Positions 1 through 13,052 of a DNA stretch of 64,000 nucleotides are shown in pieces; the first letter of the stretch is position 1; each line of letters begins with the position of its first letter. Both the position numbers and the translations under genes were made by a program. The DNA is from Octopus vulgaris. Its lineage: Eukaryota. The stretch covers positions 178,622,001-178,686,000 of the forward strand of contig OX597815.1 in the NCBI GenBank assembly GCA_951406725.2, read 5' to 3'. The notes beneath the pieces were generated by a model. That model saw nothing but the letters and a program-made list of their open reading frames with translations, was not told the DNA's origin and made no database searches.

Positions 1-1879
1 CCTGTTGGACTTGACACATTTCCTGTGTCCTTATGTTTACAAAGTGGGAGATAAGCACCTCCACCCAGCAAAGCCAGCATCCAGAAACTAGTTTCAGAGT
101 CAGTGCTCATCATCAGTCTGGAGTAGCATGGCATGCTAGCTGTTGATGCTCATTCACCTTATCGTGATGCTACTGTATAAATCTCTCTGAGAGATTTAGA
201 ATTATATTATTTCTATTTTCAAAATCAGTGAATTTATTTCACTTGAAATAGATACGTTTTCAAACGCAGATAGACATCGACAGCTAGTTCCTTCAAATGT
301 TTAAAAAGCTCTGCAGTTGATGGCTTCTTACCACAATCACTTAATTAGTAGTAGAAGTGGCAGTTGCAGTTGTCAGATTAAATTAGTCATAATCATCATC
401 ATCAATGCCAGTTTTCTATGTTGGTATGCATGGAATGGATAACTGCACTATGCACCAATTGTCTATTTTGGCCTGGTTTCTACAGCTGGATGCCTTTCCT
501 AAAAAGCAGCCACTTTACAGAGTGTAACTGGGTGCTTTTTTAAGTGGCACCAGCACCTGCAGGGGTGCCAAGCATCTTGCAACAAAAGGACCTCTCAGTT
601 GAGAGAGGAACTGAAACAAGTGGCCATGTGCCAGGCGAGAGGTAGGGGTATGACAGTGGGACATGGTTAGCTGTCTGACGACAAGAAATACTTGGCTACC
701 CCAGTAGGACAAGGAAGAACAGGCAAGAGAGTTAGAGAGAAAGATAGAGAAAGAGTCAGAGTGAAGGAGAGAGAGAGAGTGAGAAGTATTCGTGAAGCTA
801 CCTTTTCTGGCAACAAAGTGATTCAGTCAGAGTGAAGTGCAGTTTGTATGATGCCTACATATAAAGTGCTATGTTGCATGGTAGCAAGATGTGGGTCTTG
901 CAATGAGGAAGATTTGTGAAGGCAACACAGAAATGAGATGAGCATGCTCAACTGAACGAGAGTTATGGAGGATTGAACGCAAACAAGCTGAAAGGACAAC
1001 TGGATATTGGAGGAATTCAATAGAGAAAGCAAAAGACTACACTGCCAGAGAGAGGATGACAGCAAGATAAAATGCTAAGTGGACAGAAACTATCAAGAAA
1101 GAGAGGTCAATGAAGTATGGGACAAAATGGTGAAAGACTGATCACAAAAGACTGAAATGTTACAGAGATAACCCAGGGTTACAACTTGTAGCAAAGCCTT
1201 ATGCTAGACAGGACAGCCAAATCTACACAAAGAAAGAAAGAAACAAGTGTAAAAATGATGGATGCAGTCGTGTTGGTGGAGACTGGGATGCCTGACAAAC
1301 AACAACTGACCATTATATTAAGTCTGTATATTATTCTTCTGTTACTCTGTGTTGAATCCCTCACCATTATTCCTTCCTCATCCACCCCCAGCAACATTTC
1401 CCATTACTCTCTCCCCCGATCACTCATTACTGACATTAGTCCTCCTCTCTTACCAGTATCTGTCTTCATCACTCTCTCCTCTATCACTGCTCACGTCCAT
1501 CATTCTCTCTACTCCTCTTGCAATTTCACTCATCCAGGTAGCACATAAAAAGCACTATTTGGGTGTGGCCGTTGCCAGTACCACCAAACTGGCCCTCGTG
1601 CTGATGGCATGTAAAAGCACCCACTACACTCTCGGAGTGGTTGGTGTTAGGAAGGGCATCCAGCTGTAGAAACTTTGCTAGATCAGACTGAGCCTGATGC
1701 TGCCTCCTGGCTCACCAGTCCTCAGTCAAACCGTCCAACCCATACCAGCATAGAAAGCGGACGTTAAACGATGATGATGCTGATGATGACTATTCTCTCT
1801 CTCTCTCTCTCTCTCACCACATCTCACTGCCCAAGATGTTTACAAACTAAAGCCATCATGTCGATCACTCAGTAATTTC

Positions 1880-2260
1880 ACTCCCATCACTATTACAAGA
1901 GGTAGATATTGGTTCACGATCAAAAATTGTCTTATTCCCAGCAGTCCAAGATAGACATGGCATGGTTCCAACAGGACAGAGCAACAGCTCACATAGCAAG
2001 GGACACAACCCAACCGTTCAGTAATTTCTCATAAGAAGAATTCCCATGGTTGCGACATAAGCTTGCCACCACATCCTCCTAATCTAATGACTTCTGTTCT
2101 TCCTACGAGGCTTGCCTCAAAGAAAATGATTATGCTGTCAAGCCTCAGACACTCCAACAGCTGAATAACAATATTTTCAGCTGAAATCTAAGCACTGAAA
2201 CCTGAAACATTAAGTGTCGTGGAAAACAACTTAGAAGGGCACATTTGTGCAAACCAAAAA
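1880..2260 (+). mobile_element. Tc1/mariner-superfamily transposase remnant
   Basis: WFQQDRATAHIARDT (WFQQDGATAH type), then PPHPPNL and LKE..Y..KPQTLQQL fragments with frameshifts. Confidence 0.7.
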
Positions 2261-2789
2261 ATGAATGCTGTAATACTTTGTCAATTTAAAACCGAAAATA
2301 AAGGGCTTATTAAATACCTAAAAGCCTCTTTGAAATTTTTGCTCCCTGCTCTTCGTAACTAGCATGATATGGAAACTATTTTAAAATAGGGAAGCACCTC
2401 GTACATTGCAATGCTTTAAGAGCCAATAAAGTTTTAAAAGCAAAGAACTACACTGTTTTTATGCACCCTCCATTATTATGAGAGATAATAAATGGGGTGA
2501 AAAATAAAGTGCGTATTACTGGGAAGATTCGGGGAGCTTTGCTATCAGAACTACACAAAACTCAATTGTCAACGGTATTTACAAGTTGTTTCCCCTGGCC
2601 GAAGGGAAGTAACTCAGCCAAATATTGATATTTGTTGCTTTCGAACGCGATATGGGATTTTTAGAACTAGAAACCACAAACTATATGCCGAAAGACGTGG
2701 CTAATAACGTCCCATCAGTAACTTTATTATAATAATGGTAATGATGATGGTCATGGTGGTGGTGATGATGATTATAGACGTCTGTCTAA

Positions 2790-3960
2790 ATAATGGAAAA
2801 CAAAGTTGAGCTCACCAAGAATTCAGAACATTTCAATGTTGCAAAACATTTAACCCATTTCTCTATTTCTGCCATTCATAATATTCCAAAGTTTTGCAAT
2901 ATTCCACGTTTGCTGTATTCATCAAGTTACAAGAGTAGCAACCTGTCTCTGCTAAGTTCTTCGATCGCCACATTCACACCAGTTCTTGGCCTTCGCTGAA
3001 GCTTCCATCTCCTCTTGGTCGACGAAATGTAATGAGTGCAGGAAGTGAGCCATGGATCAGAACAGGTAATAATTCGAGGGATCTGGGTCCGGACTATATG
3101 CTGCGTGTGTCGTCAGTTCAATTCACACAAGTTCCTGCACTTTCTTCTATGTTGTTTGAGCAGTGTGAGGTCTTGCCTTGCCTTTCTGCAGAAAACTTCA
3201 CTTTCTTATTTCTTTACTACCCACAAGGGGCTAAACATAGAGGGGACAAACAAGGACAGACAAACGGATTAAGTCGATTACATCGACCCCAGTGCGTAAC
3301 TGGTACTTAATTTATCGACCCCGAAAGGATGAAAGGCAAAGTCGACCTCGGCGGAATTTGAACTCAGAACGTAGCGGCAGACGAAATACCAGTAAGCATT
3401 TCGCCCGGCGTGCTAACGTTTCTGCCAGCTCGCCACCTTCACTTTCTGTTAACCAATGCCAGGTATTTCTGCCACACAATGGCACACATCTGCTTAAGCT
3501 GTTTTGGAGTCCAGGTCGGCATTGATGGTTTGTCCATCCAGAACAAACTCATAGCGAATTATCCCCTCGTAGTTCCAGCAGACATAGAACATCACCTTGT
3601 TTTCAAAACAGCCCATTTTAGGCAACGGTTTGAGCACTTGCTTAACCACAGCTTATGTTAGAATTGCAGAAAAATATCACCCTTGGATTATTACTTGTTC
3701 CGATCCGTGGATCACTTCTTGCGCTCACAACGCTTCATCAACTGAGGGGGGTTGGAAGCTTCAGTGAGGACAAGAACTGGTTATTTGCATTGGATCAAAA
3801 AACTAGTAGTAAGGCAGCTTCAGACAGTGCAACGTGATGGCCTCTTCTTTGAATGTTTGGTTGCTTTAGTTTTCACTCGATGAACAAAGCAAATAAGTTA
3901 CCAAAATATTGCAAAACTTTTGATTCACTAATACTAACCAACATAGAACATGTGACATCT
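2790..3960 (-). mobile_element. Mariner transposase remnant interrupted by a SINE
   Basis: Minus-strand fragments KVMFYVCWNYEGIIRYEFV.DGQTINAD and ARPHTAQTT...HAAYSPDP.PSNYYLF (DNARPH and YSPDLAP motifs). Confidence 0.85.
3207..3436 (-). mobile_element. tRNA-derived SINE (family Y) with TSD CTTCACTTTCT
   Basis: Full-length copy inside the mariner remnant. Other copies at about 11025-11180, 16122-16300, 21030-21167, 52458-52680 and 61465-61930. Confidence 0.88.
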
Positions 3961-4104
3961 TTCCTTTTTGTTTTTTGTTAATGAACTAATATGAATGGAA
4001 ATGCATTTCAGTGACCAGTGAGTGTGAAAACAATACTAAAGAAATTCAGTTTTCTTTTTCTTTTAAGAAACATCAATTTGATTGCCGTCAAAATCAAGAC
4101 TCAC

Positions 4105-4179
4105 CTTTCCTATTAGAAAATATACTAAAGATTCTTTAGGGACAATTTGTTTCAGTTCTTCTAATTCTTCTAAGGCTTC
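4105..4179 (-). CDS. CDC27: CDC27 exon 18 (EALEELEELKQIVPKESLVYFLIGK); gene continues left of the window
   Basis: ttttcag / gtgagt, 75 nt. The expected next exon (V.KKLG..HLALMNFSWAMDLDPKG) was not found in 1-4100. Confidence 0.96.
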
Positions 4180-5358
4180 CTGAAAATATAACATTTATGT
4201 GAAATTGGTAAATCAATTCAAACAAATGCAAAAAGATAACAAAATCAATGCTGCTTACTTTCAAAAGTGATAAATATAGGAGTGTATCCTTTGGAGAGAT
4301 GCTGTGATTGAGAAGACTCGGCAACTAAAGTGGTAGTTCCTTGTCGTCCGAGAAGGACAGTTCTGCAATTTCGAGCTGAACAACTTGCACAGACGATTCG
4401 TTTATAGTGACCAAATGTATGTGCTCAACATAAGCCCACTCCTTCCATGAAATAGACATTACCTGAACAGGTGCTCAACTGTATCACACATCCGGTGTCA
4501 GAGTGATCACAGAGGAGCTGAAGTGAGATGGAGTGTCTTGTTCAAGGACACAAAGCACCACCCATTCCAGGAATTGAAACTACCAGCATGGACAACGATG
4601 ATGATGATGATGATGATGGTAGACACACAGCAATAACTTGCTATCATCATCATTTAATGGCCATTGTCCATGCTAGCATGAGTTGGATGGTTTGACTGGG
4701 CTGGCATGCTGCACCAGGATCCAGTCTGATTTGGAATGGTTTTCTATGGCTGGATGCCCATCTTAACACCAGCCACTCCAAGTGTGTAGTGGGTGCTTTT
4801 ACATGCCACTGGCACAGATGCTATTTGCGTGACACCGGGGTGCAATTACATGCCACTAACACAAGTGCCAATTTGCATGACACCAGTATATGCCACGACT
4901 GTGATTTTACTCGGCTTGGTGGCTCTTCTTCTCAAGCACAACATAATGCCAAAAGTTTTGGTCATTGCCTCCTTGAGGCCCAACACTCAAAAGGAACTCA
5001 GCCATCTTGCCTCCGTGAGGAACTCAGCCACCTTGCCTCCATGTTGCTCTCAACTAATCTAAGCTTCCCTATTCTTCCACGTGCCTCAACTACTCAGCTA
5101 CTCATTTCCCTGCCAACTCTATGCCTGCTCAAACAACCCCAGTGCTGTTACCTAATCCCAAGAATTTGAACCCCTGTAATCATTTATGTCTGCCAACAAA
5201 AGTCTCTTTGGAAAGGCTACAAAGAGACCTACAATACATTATGGGAAAATTTTGCAGCAACCTAAATAGTATTTACAACATACGACTGGAAAATTTATAG
5301 AAATTGATAAAATCAAAGCATTGGGAAGTGTTTACCAGCAAATGTCTTACAAACTGCC

Positions 5359-5590
5359 TTAACTCTTTCGTTACTGTATTTATTTTGAGATGCTGTGTGT
5401 TTCTTTCAATTACTTTAAATATAACAAAGAATTTAGCAAAATAACTTAGTTATCATTGAGCTAGTGTTAGGAACATAAATTGTGACTAAGATTTGGTGGT
5501 GGAAGATTTTAATTCAAAACTTATGAAAACAAGACATTTGTACTAAAGAGCCAGAGCCGGTTTCAGCTGGGTTGGTAACGAAAGGGTTAA
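5359..5590. mobile_element. piggyBac-type MITE
   Basis: TTAA-CTCTTTCGTTAC ... GTAACGAAAGGG-TTAA. Sibling at 8243-8471. Confidence 0.88.
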
Positions 5591-5699
5591 GCATAAAAAT
5601 GGGGACAGTATATTGTAGCTCAGGTTCTAAGTGCTGGCAACTTTAGCATGAACTATAGAAAGGATCCATTCACTCATGGACGATAATGATGATACTTAC

Positions 5700-5828
5700 T
5701 TTATGTTTATCATTGGCAAATAAAATGGAAGCACGATGGAATTTACAAAGAGGGTTGTTGGGATCAATAGAAATGGCTCTATCAAGGGTCTGTAGCGCCA
5801 TTTCCGATTTCTTCAATGCATGTTGCAC
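5700..5828 (-). CDS. CDC27: CDC27 exon 17 (VQHALKKSEMALQTLDRAISIDPNNPLCKFHRASILFANDKHK)
   Basis: cttatag / gtaagt, 129 nt. Confidence 0.97.
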
Positions 5829-6230
5829 CTATAAGAAAAGAAAAAAACAACTGTTATACCAGATTATTTAAACTAAGTTTTTAAAAATTATGAAAAAGAA
5901 TTCCATGAAACTATATTCTTGATAACAGCCGTTGAGAAGGAGAAAATTAGAAGTAGTTTGGGTTTATGCCAGGAAGGGATATCACTGAGGTCCTCTTCTT
6001 AGTGAGACTACTGCAGGAGTTCTTAGCAAGCCATTAATACCTAGCAGTCACTGACCCGAAGAAGACTTTTAACAGAATACAACACACTGTGGTCTGATGG
6101 CCAAAGAAGAAAATTAAGAATAGATGAATGGCTTGTGAGAGAAGTAGAAGCCATGTCCAGAAATGCTGTCAATAAGATAAGAATTAGCAAAGTGCTCAGC
6201 AAGGAATTTAGTAGGCAGGTAAGTAACCCA

Positions 6231-6463
6231 GGCGGCGAGCTGGCAGAAACGTTAGCACGCCGGGCAAAATGCTTAGCGGTATTTCTTCTGCCGTTACATT
6301 CTAAGTTCAAATTCCTCCGAGGTCGACTTTGCCTTTCATCCTTTCGGGGTCAATTAAATAAGTAGTACCGGTTACGCTCTGGGGTCGATATAATCGACTT
6401 AATCCGTTTGTCTGTCCTTGTTTGTCCTCTCTGTGTTTAGCCCCTTGTGGGTAGTAAAGAAAT
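6231..6463 (+). mobile_element. tRNA-derived SINE (family Y) with TSD
   Basis: GGCGGCGAGCTGGCAGAA head, GTTCAAATTCC B box, GCCTTTCATCCTTTCGGGGTC core, TSD GGTAAGTAACCCA. Confidence 0.88.
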
Positions 6464-7039
6464 AGGTAAGTAACCCAGGTGGTTTGGTTCTCAACCCAAT
6501 TCTGTTTATTATAGTTCTTTAGTTGTCACAGAGAAGTTTAGAAATGGCTGTCCAAGAAAACTTCATTAAGTTAGTGGCCTAGTTCGCATAGCTGAATCTA
6601 TTGAATTAGTGGAATAAATTGCAGGCAAGGCCTGGAATCAAAAAGTCTTGAAAAAAAAAGAAAACCAGAAGTTTTTAGTGAGCAAGGAAGAGGAGAGAAC
6701 TTTACTGCTGTCTAGGAAGTGGATGTAGATGATAAGCAAAGAGGAATTCCATCCAATGCATCTAATGCAAACTGAATGCACGACAGGTGCAATGGGATCT
6801 CAAGTAGTCTGACAGAGATGTAACAAATATTCAAGAGTAGTTAACAGCAAGAGGAACCACATCAGGCTTCCTTGTCTGTTTTGGCATGGTTTCTATGGCT
6901 CGATGCTCTTCCTAATGCCAACCACTTTACAGAGTGGACTGGGTTCTTTTTACATGGCACCGGCACCAGTGCTTTATATGTGGCATCACCACAGGCACTT
7001 TACTTGTGGCACCATCACCAGTGCCTTTTACATGCTCCA

Positions 7040-7370
7040 CTAGTTGTGTAATGTTAGTGTGCAAAAGCAACAGGGCAGAAACGAACTGATCTACAAACCA
7101 GGTGTAAAAGGAATGAGATGTAGTACGCAAAAGGAAAGACTGCGCTTGTACAGGTATGTGATATGTATGAAGGATGATAGTTGGGCTAAGAAGCAAACAA
7201 GTGGAAGGAACTGGCAGGAAAGGTAGACCAAGGAAGGTATGGGAAGATGCAGTGAAGAACTGATCCGAAGATGCTCTTGCAAAACGGATTACTAAAAGTC
7301 CCAAACAGTGAGACACTTATGAAGATGACCTTCCAACAAGTATTGGAAAATGGACATAGAATAATGATTA
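7040..7370 (+). mobile_element. Degenerate RTE ORF-end fragment
   Basis: ERLRLYRYVICMKDDSW and GRPRKVW-like remnants. Confidence 0.6.
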
Positions 7371-7961
7371 AGAGTCATCATCATTTAACGTCTGCTCTCC
7401 ATGCTGGCATGGGTTGGACCGTTTGAGTGGAGCTGATGAGCTGGAGAGCAGCACCAGGTTCCAGTCTGATTTGGCATGATTCCTATAAATGGATGCCCTT
7501 CCTTATGCCAACCATTCCAGGAGTGTAACGGGTGCTTTTACAGGCCGCCACCACAGGCACCATTTACATGACACTGGCAACAACCACAACTATGATTCAC
7601 GGGTGGGTGCCATTTACATGGTACCAACAACAACAACCACAACTACGGTGCACAGGTACTATGTCTTTTCATTGATGTTTTTCTTTACGCAAGAGAGACA
7701 GACAGTCATCTGAAGTAAAAGCTACAAAAAGCAACAAAATCGGCCACGTTCGGATGGTGCTTTTTACGTGCCATCAGTACAGGGGTCACAACTACAATTT
7801 CCATTTGATCTAAATAGCTTTTCTGCTCCGAGAAACAATTGCCCCCAGCAGTTTGTTTGTGGTAAAGAGGAAAGTAATATCACTGAAAGGTTCCCAATTC
7901 ATCTGAATCAAAAATGACAACATTTAGCATAGTGTGTACAAGAAACAAAGGCAGCGCTTAC

Positions 7962-8079
7962 CACACCAACGTGACAAAGCAGAGCAGGACTTTTGGGATT
8001 AATCATCAGTGCTTTATTGAAGTGCAATTCAGCAAGTTGGAATTTCTCTTGTTTATAATAGATCATTCCAACTCCATAC
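7962..8079 (-). CDS. CDC27: CDC27 exon 16 (YGVGMIYYKQEKFQLAELHFNKALMINPKSPALLCHVGV)
   Basis: attccag / gtaagc, 118 nt. Confidence 0.97.
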
Positions 8080-8242
8080 CTGGAATATAGGCGAAGAAAA
8101 AATAAATTCTTCGATCACAAAACGATAATGAAACAGCACAAGTTCAGATCAATGACAAATAAAAACAAACAACAACAAATAAATAATAATCATTAAAAAA
8201 ATACATAAAGTTGTTAAAATCCAGTAATTATGATGCAGTAGT

Positions 8243-8471
8243 TTAACCCTTTTGTTACCGTATTCCTGTTGAGATGCTCCGTATTTCTTTCAATTATTTT
8301 AAATATAACAAAGAATTTAATTAAATAACTTAGTTATCATTCAGCTTGTGTCAAGAACATAAATTGTGACTAAGGTTTGGTGGAAGATTTTAATTCAAGA
8401 CTTATGAAAACAAGACATTTGTACTACAGAGCCAGAGGTGGTTTCAGCCGGGTTCGTAACGAAAGGGTTAA
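8243..8471. mobile_element. piggyBac-type MITE
   Basis: TTAA-CCCTTTTGTTAC ... GTAACGAAAGGG-TTAA. Internal sequence shared with 5359-5590. Confidence 0.88.
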
Positions 8472-8896
8472 CGAGTAAATACTGATCAGACATTCCAACA
8501 AAAACATTATGGCCAAGAGCATGCAGATGCTGACCGTTTCTTGAGCATATGTAGAATTGCATTGTCTAATGCAGTTGGTCTCAACTGGGGTCCATGTAAG
8601 ATTTGGTGGGGAGGGTCCACACAACAAAATGATATATTGAGGATCCACAATAGTAGTTTGAGGGCACCTGAAAAATTTTGCTTTAGATGTATGTATTGGT
8701 GTGTATTGCAAGAAACAGCTAGGCTTCTTCTTCTAACATTTTACATAGTTCAACCTACACAAGTTAATGTGAGAAAAACAAAATAGGAATTTGGAAAGAA
8801 GTACCTATAAAACCAGTTTTTAAACATTGAACGGCTATGGGGAAGGGTCCACCAGAATAAAATAATAATAAATGGGTCCATAGATAAAAAACGGTT

Positions 8897-9284
8897 GAAC
8901 ACCACTGGAAAATACAAAAACTAAAAGCAGCAGCACATATGTTAGGACACAACAAGCTCCTAAGCAGACTGAGTGCCAGTATTAAGGAAGGATAGGAAAA
9001 TATTAGAATTATAATCCCTAAAATCCACTCCATAATTGCCCATGTAGTGGTTAAGAGCGCGGCTACTAACTCCAAGATTCCGAGTTTGATTCCTGGCAGT
9101 GACAACAACAACGACATCGAAAAGTACCTTAGGAATGAGGACCCAGGTTCGAAATTTCCCCAAGACACCTGATGAAGACTGGAGGGTATATCAGCCGAAA
9201 CGTGTTAACAACAAACAAGATGAGGACAAATGTCCGTCAAATGTAAATAGTGTACATAATTCCTCATCTCTTAAATAGAGAACT
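8897..9284 (+). mobile_element. Penelope-like element 3' end, copy A (ORF end, tRNA-like segment, hammerhead, tail)
   Basis: EHHWKIQKLKAAAHMLGHNKLLSR resembles the GIY-YIG C-terminal E.....R..KEA..I motif. A/B-box-like segment ~9040-9102. CTGATGA...GAAAC at 9169-9201. Tail ends TCTCTTAAATAGAGAAC. Confidence 0.75.
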
Positions 9285-9627
9285 ATGATTCACGGGTGGG
9301 TGCCATTTATATGGCACCGACAACAACCACAACTACGGTGCACAGGTACCATGTCTTTTCATTGACAACTTTTTTCTGCTTACATTCAATTTGTGATGAC
9401 TTAATGTAAATTTGAAAACTACACAGGTAAAATAGTATCTTTAAGCTAGAAACTTGTTGGAACATTCCTCATAGTTATTTATGGGGGGGGGGACAAGACA
9501 GAAGAACAGTTCCCCCGTTGATACGTTATTGCAGATCCAAACACATGGGAAAAAGTATTTTTAAAACCTTTTGATATCAATAATGATGCTGACGATGCTA
9601 ATATTCAATTCAGGAATTGAAACTTAC

Positions 9628-9755
9628 CATGCATTATAATGTCTGGAATCAACTCGTATAGAATTACGGAAACTCGATAAACCTTTTTCAAATTCTTCTG
9701 TAAAGACATATTCATGGCCCAGTAAAGTATATGCATAGGCAAAATTAGGATCAAC
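9628..9755 (-). CDS. CDC27: CDC27 exon 15 (VDPNFAYAYTLLGHEYV...RHYNAW)
   Basis: ttttcag / gtaagt, 128 nt. Confidence 0.97.
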
Positions 9756-10259
9756 CTGAAAAAGAGAGAAAATGGGAAATATCAGACAACCATTATAGAT
9801 TTCTGAAAAATGCTTTATTTTGCTAAGGACTTTAATTCCACTCAATATTAACAATGCAAGATGACTAGCATTGACCACAATCGAATGGTGCTTTTTTTAC
9901 GTGCCACCAGCATGGGGACCAGTCAGGGGGCACTGGCATCGACCACACTTAAATGTTGGATTTAAGTCACAGACATGGCATAAAAATAGCCAATATCTAA
10001 AGGAGTATTGTATCATTGAGTTTAGTAACATCCAACGATCACTGAGTAATTTCCCAAAAATCTGGGTTTTTATAACTGCTCATATCCGAATTCTAAGAAC
10101 CGTATTTCATGAAAGATTTCTTTGACGAAAGTTCAGAATTCGTATATGTGCAGTAATTCTAACCAATGGGATACCAATCGGCAAACAACCATTACGTTAT
10201 ATTGTCACCTTTTATGATTTGCTACATAACTAAAATAGAACCAACAAACTGCTACTCAC

Positions 10260-10340
10260 CTGAATTGCTCTTTGAAAAAACTTAATAGCTGTATCGTGCT
10301 CTTTCTGTAAACTAAAACAGTTCCCCGTTGCACACCATGC
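10260..10340 (-). CDS. CDC27: CDC27 exon 14 (AWCATGNCFSLQKEHDTAIKFFQRAIQ)
   Basis: tgcag / gtgagt, 81 nt. Near-identical to the vertebrate TPR. Confidence 0.96.
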
Positions 10341-12101
10341 CTGCATTTTTTTTTTTTTAAGTAAAAAATTTTAAAAAAATTTAATAGGAATTTTATCAAA
10401 AGTATCAAATTCAACAAGGTTACAACCTGAAAACACATAAAAACATTCTATTTAAGAAAATATAACTGTCATGCAAACGAAAATTTACTAAGGAAGTGCC
10501 ATTTGAGCAATGGTAGATGCCAGTGCCACCTGACTCCACCCCGCCCCTGTGCCAGTGACACGTAAAAGGCACCCACTACACTCTCAGAGTGGTTGGCGTT
10601 AGAAAGGATATCCAACTGTAGAAACTTTGCCAGATCAGATTGGAGCCTACAGCAACCTCCTGGCTTGCCAATCCTCAGTCAAACCATCCAACCCATGCCA
10701 GCATGGAAAGCAGACATTAAACAATGATGAGGAGGAGGATGAATGAAATTTCAACAGATGTTCAGGCCATACCACTCACATCTAAAGCAGTAATTCCCCA
10801 CATTTTTCGCCAACAACTCCATTTGGTCTACCCTTTAACTTCAAACTTTAACTAGAAGAGTTCACAGCATGACAGCAGATAACATAGGATGTTATCTGCA
10901 TCCACCCCAAACCCACGTCTTCTCCACCGCCTTCCCAGTCTCTCACCATCACTTGCAAGAGTCATGCCTTCCCCATCTCTAAACCTACCCCTCACTCTCT
11001 TATGGAACATCCCTCCTCTATACCTATTTCTTTATTACCCACAAGGGGCTAAACATAGAGGGGACAAACAAGGACAGACATAGGTATTAAGTCGATTACA
11101 TCGACCCCAGTGCAACTGGTACTTAATTTATCGACCCCGAAAGGATGAAAGGTAAAGTCGACCTCGGTGGAATTTGAACCTCGGTACCCAACCACTATTC
11201 TTGTGGATAGGCACCCAAACATCTTCAACACCATCTATTTTTCTCTCTCTCTCTCTTACTCTGTCTTTATTTTTCTCTTTCTCCCACTTTCCTTCTCCTT
11301 CCTTGTCCTACTGGGGTGGCAAGTATCCCCTCTATAGTAAGACAGTAATCCCCCCACCATTATACTCTAACCACTTGCCTGGCACACAACCACTTCCCTT
11401 GGTTCCATTCCCTCTCTCAACCAGCAGCACATTGTCTTACTTGTTACTTGGCAACCCTGCTGGTGACACATAAAAGCACCAGTGCCAAGGTCACATACCG
11501 TGCCACATAAAAGAGCACCCAGTACACTTTATAAAGTGGTTGGCATATGGAAGGGCGTCCAGCCATGGAAACCATGCCAAAACAGACAACTGGAGCCTGG
11601 TGCAGCTTTTCAGCTTGCCAGCTCCTGTTAAACTGTCCAACCCATGCCATCATGGAAAACAGACGTTAAAGGATGATCTCTCAAGAAAGGTAACAGACCA
11701 ATATCCTAAGTATTATCCTAGAGCAACTACAAACTTTCCAAATCTCTAAGACATCTTACGTGTATTTCAGTCAGTTATGTAGTTCATACAAAAATCAGTC
11801 AATTGTTAAAGATGTATTCAAACATGTAACCGAATAAATCTTACGAACAACAATAATCCCAAAGTAGCTTCACAGACTCCAAAAACAATTGCAACAATCA
11901 CCAAATATAAATTTCAACTAATTATACGTAATCTGATTATAACAACACACCTAAAACGATTAGCCAAAGCATGGTGCTTGCTACCAAGTTATCCTTCATT
12001 CCAACTAAATCAACAAAAAATTACTAAGGCAGCAAGTTGGCAGAAACGTTAGCATGCTGGGCGAAATGCTTAGTGGTATTTCATCTGTCTTTATGTTTAT
12101 A

Positions 12102-12505
12102 GGCACAGGAGTGGCTGTGTGGTAAGTGGCTTGCTTACCAACCACATGGTTCCGGGTTCAGTCCCACTGCATGGGACCTTGGGCAAGTGTCTTCTACTAT
12201 AGCCTCAGGTCGACCAGAGCGCCTTGTGAGTGGATGATTTGGTAGACAGAAACTGAAAGAAGCCTGTCATATATATATGTATGTGTGTGTGTGTGTGTAT
12301 GTGTGTGCATCTGAGTTTGCTGCCCCAACATCGCTTGACAACTGATGCTGGTGTTTACATCCCCGTAACTTAGAGGTTCAGCTAAAGAGACCAATAGAAT
12401 AAGTACTAAGCTTATAAAGAATAAGCCCTGGGGACGATTTGATCGGCTAAAGGTGGTGCTCCAGTGTGGCCACAGTCAAATGACTGAAACAAGTAAAAGA
12501 ATAAA
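12102..12505 (+). mobile_element. CORE-type tRNA SINE (resembles octopus OR2 family)
   Basis: TGGCTGTGTGG A box, GGTTCAGTCCC B box, CORE-like CCTTGGGCAAGTGTCTTCTACTATAGCCTC. Copies at about 12624-12995, 26320-26667 and 57680-58060 (-). Family name recalled from memory. Confidence 0.8.
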
Positions 12506-13052
12506 AGAGCAAAAAGAGAAACCTGAAATTAACACACACACACCAAGTCATTAAATCTGACAAAGCACAGACTGAAATCAGCAAAATCATAAATTCAATT
12601 ACAAAATTGCATGCTAGATTCAAGCGTGGCTGTGTGGTAAGAAGCTTGCTTCCCAACCACATGGTTCCGAGTTCAGTCCCACTGTGTGCTACCTTGGGCA
12701 AGTGTCTTCTACTATAGCTTCAGGCTGACCAAAACTTTTGTAAGTAGATTGGGTAGAATGTGAATGGATTTAGAAACTGAAAGCAGCCCATCGTATATAT
12801 GTATGCGTGTGTGGATGTGAGGGGGTGTCTTTGTATTGGTGTTTGGCCCCTGCTGCCTCAACAACCGGTGTTAGTTTGTTTACATCCCCATAACTTCACC
12901 ATTTAGCAAAAAGAGACTGACAGAGTAGCAGGCCTAGAAAAGAATTACTGAAAATTCTTCAAGGCAGTGCTCCAACATGGCAGGAGGTCTAATGACAAAG
13001 TTCAGAACCCCCCCCCCCTCGATGATTGAGTCACCAAACTGATTTACAATAC

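Noticed and set aside
5930-6830. Possible degenerate CR1-like RT fragment around the SINE
   Set aside because: The motifs are too decayed to support by eye and would need a translated HMM search.
10341-13052. U12-type intron to explain the odd acceptor
   Set aside because: The donor is GTATTG, not GTATCCTT, and there is no clear TCCTTAAC branch site.
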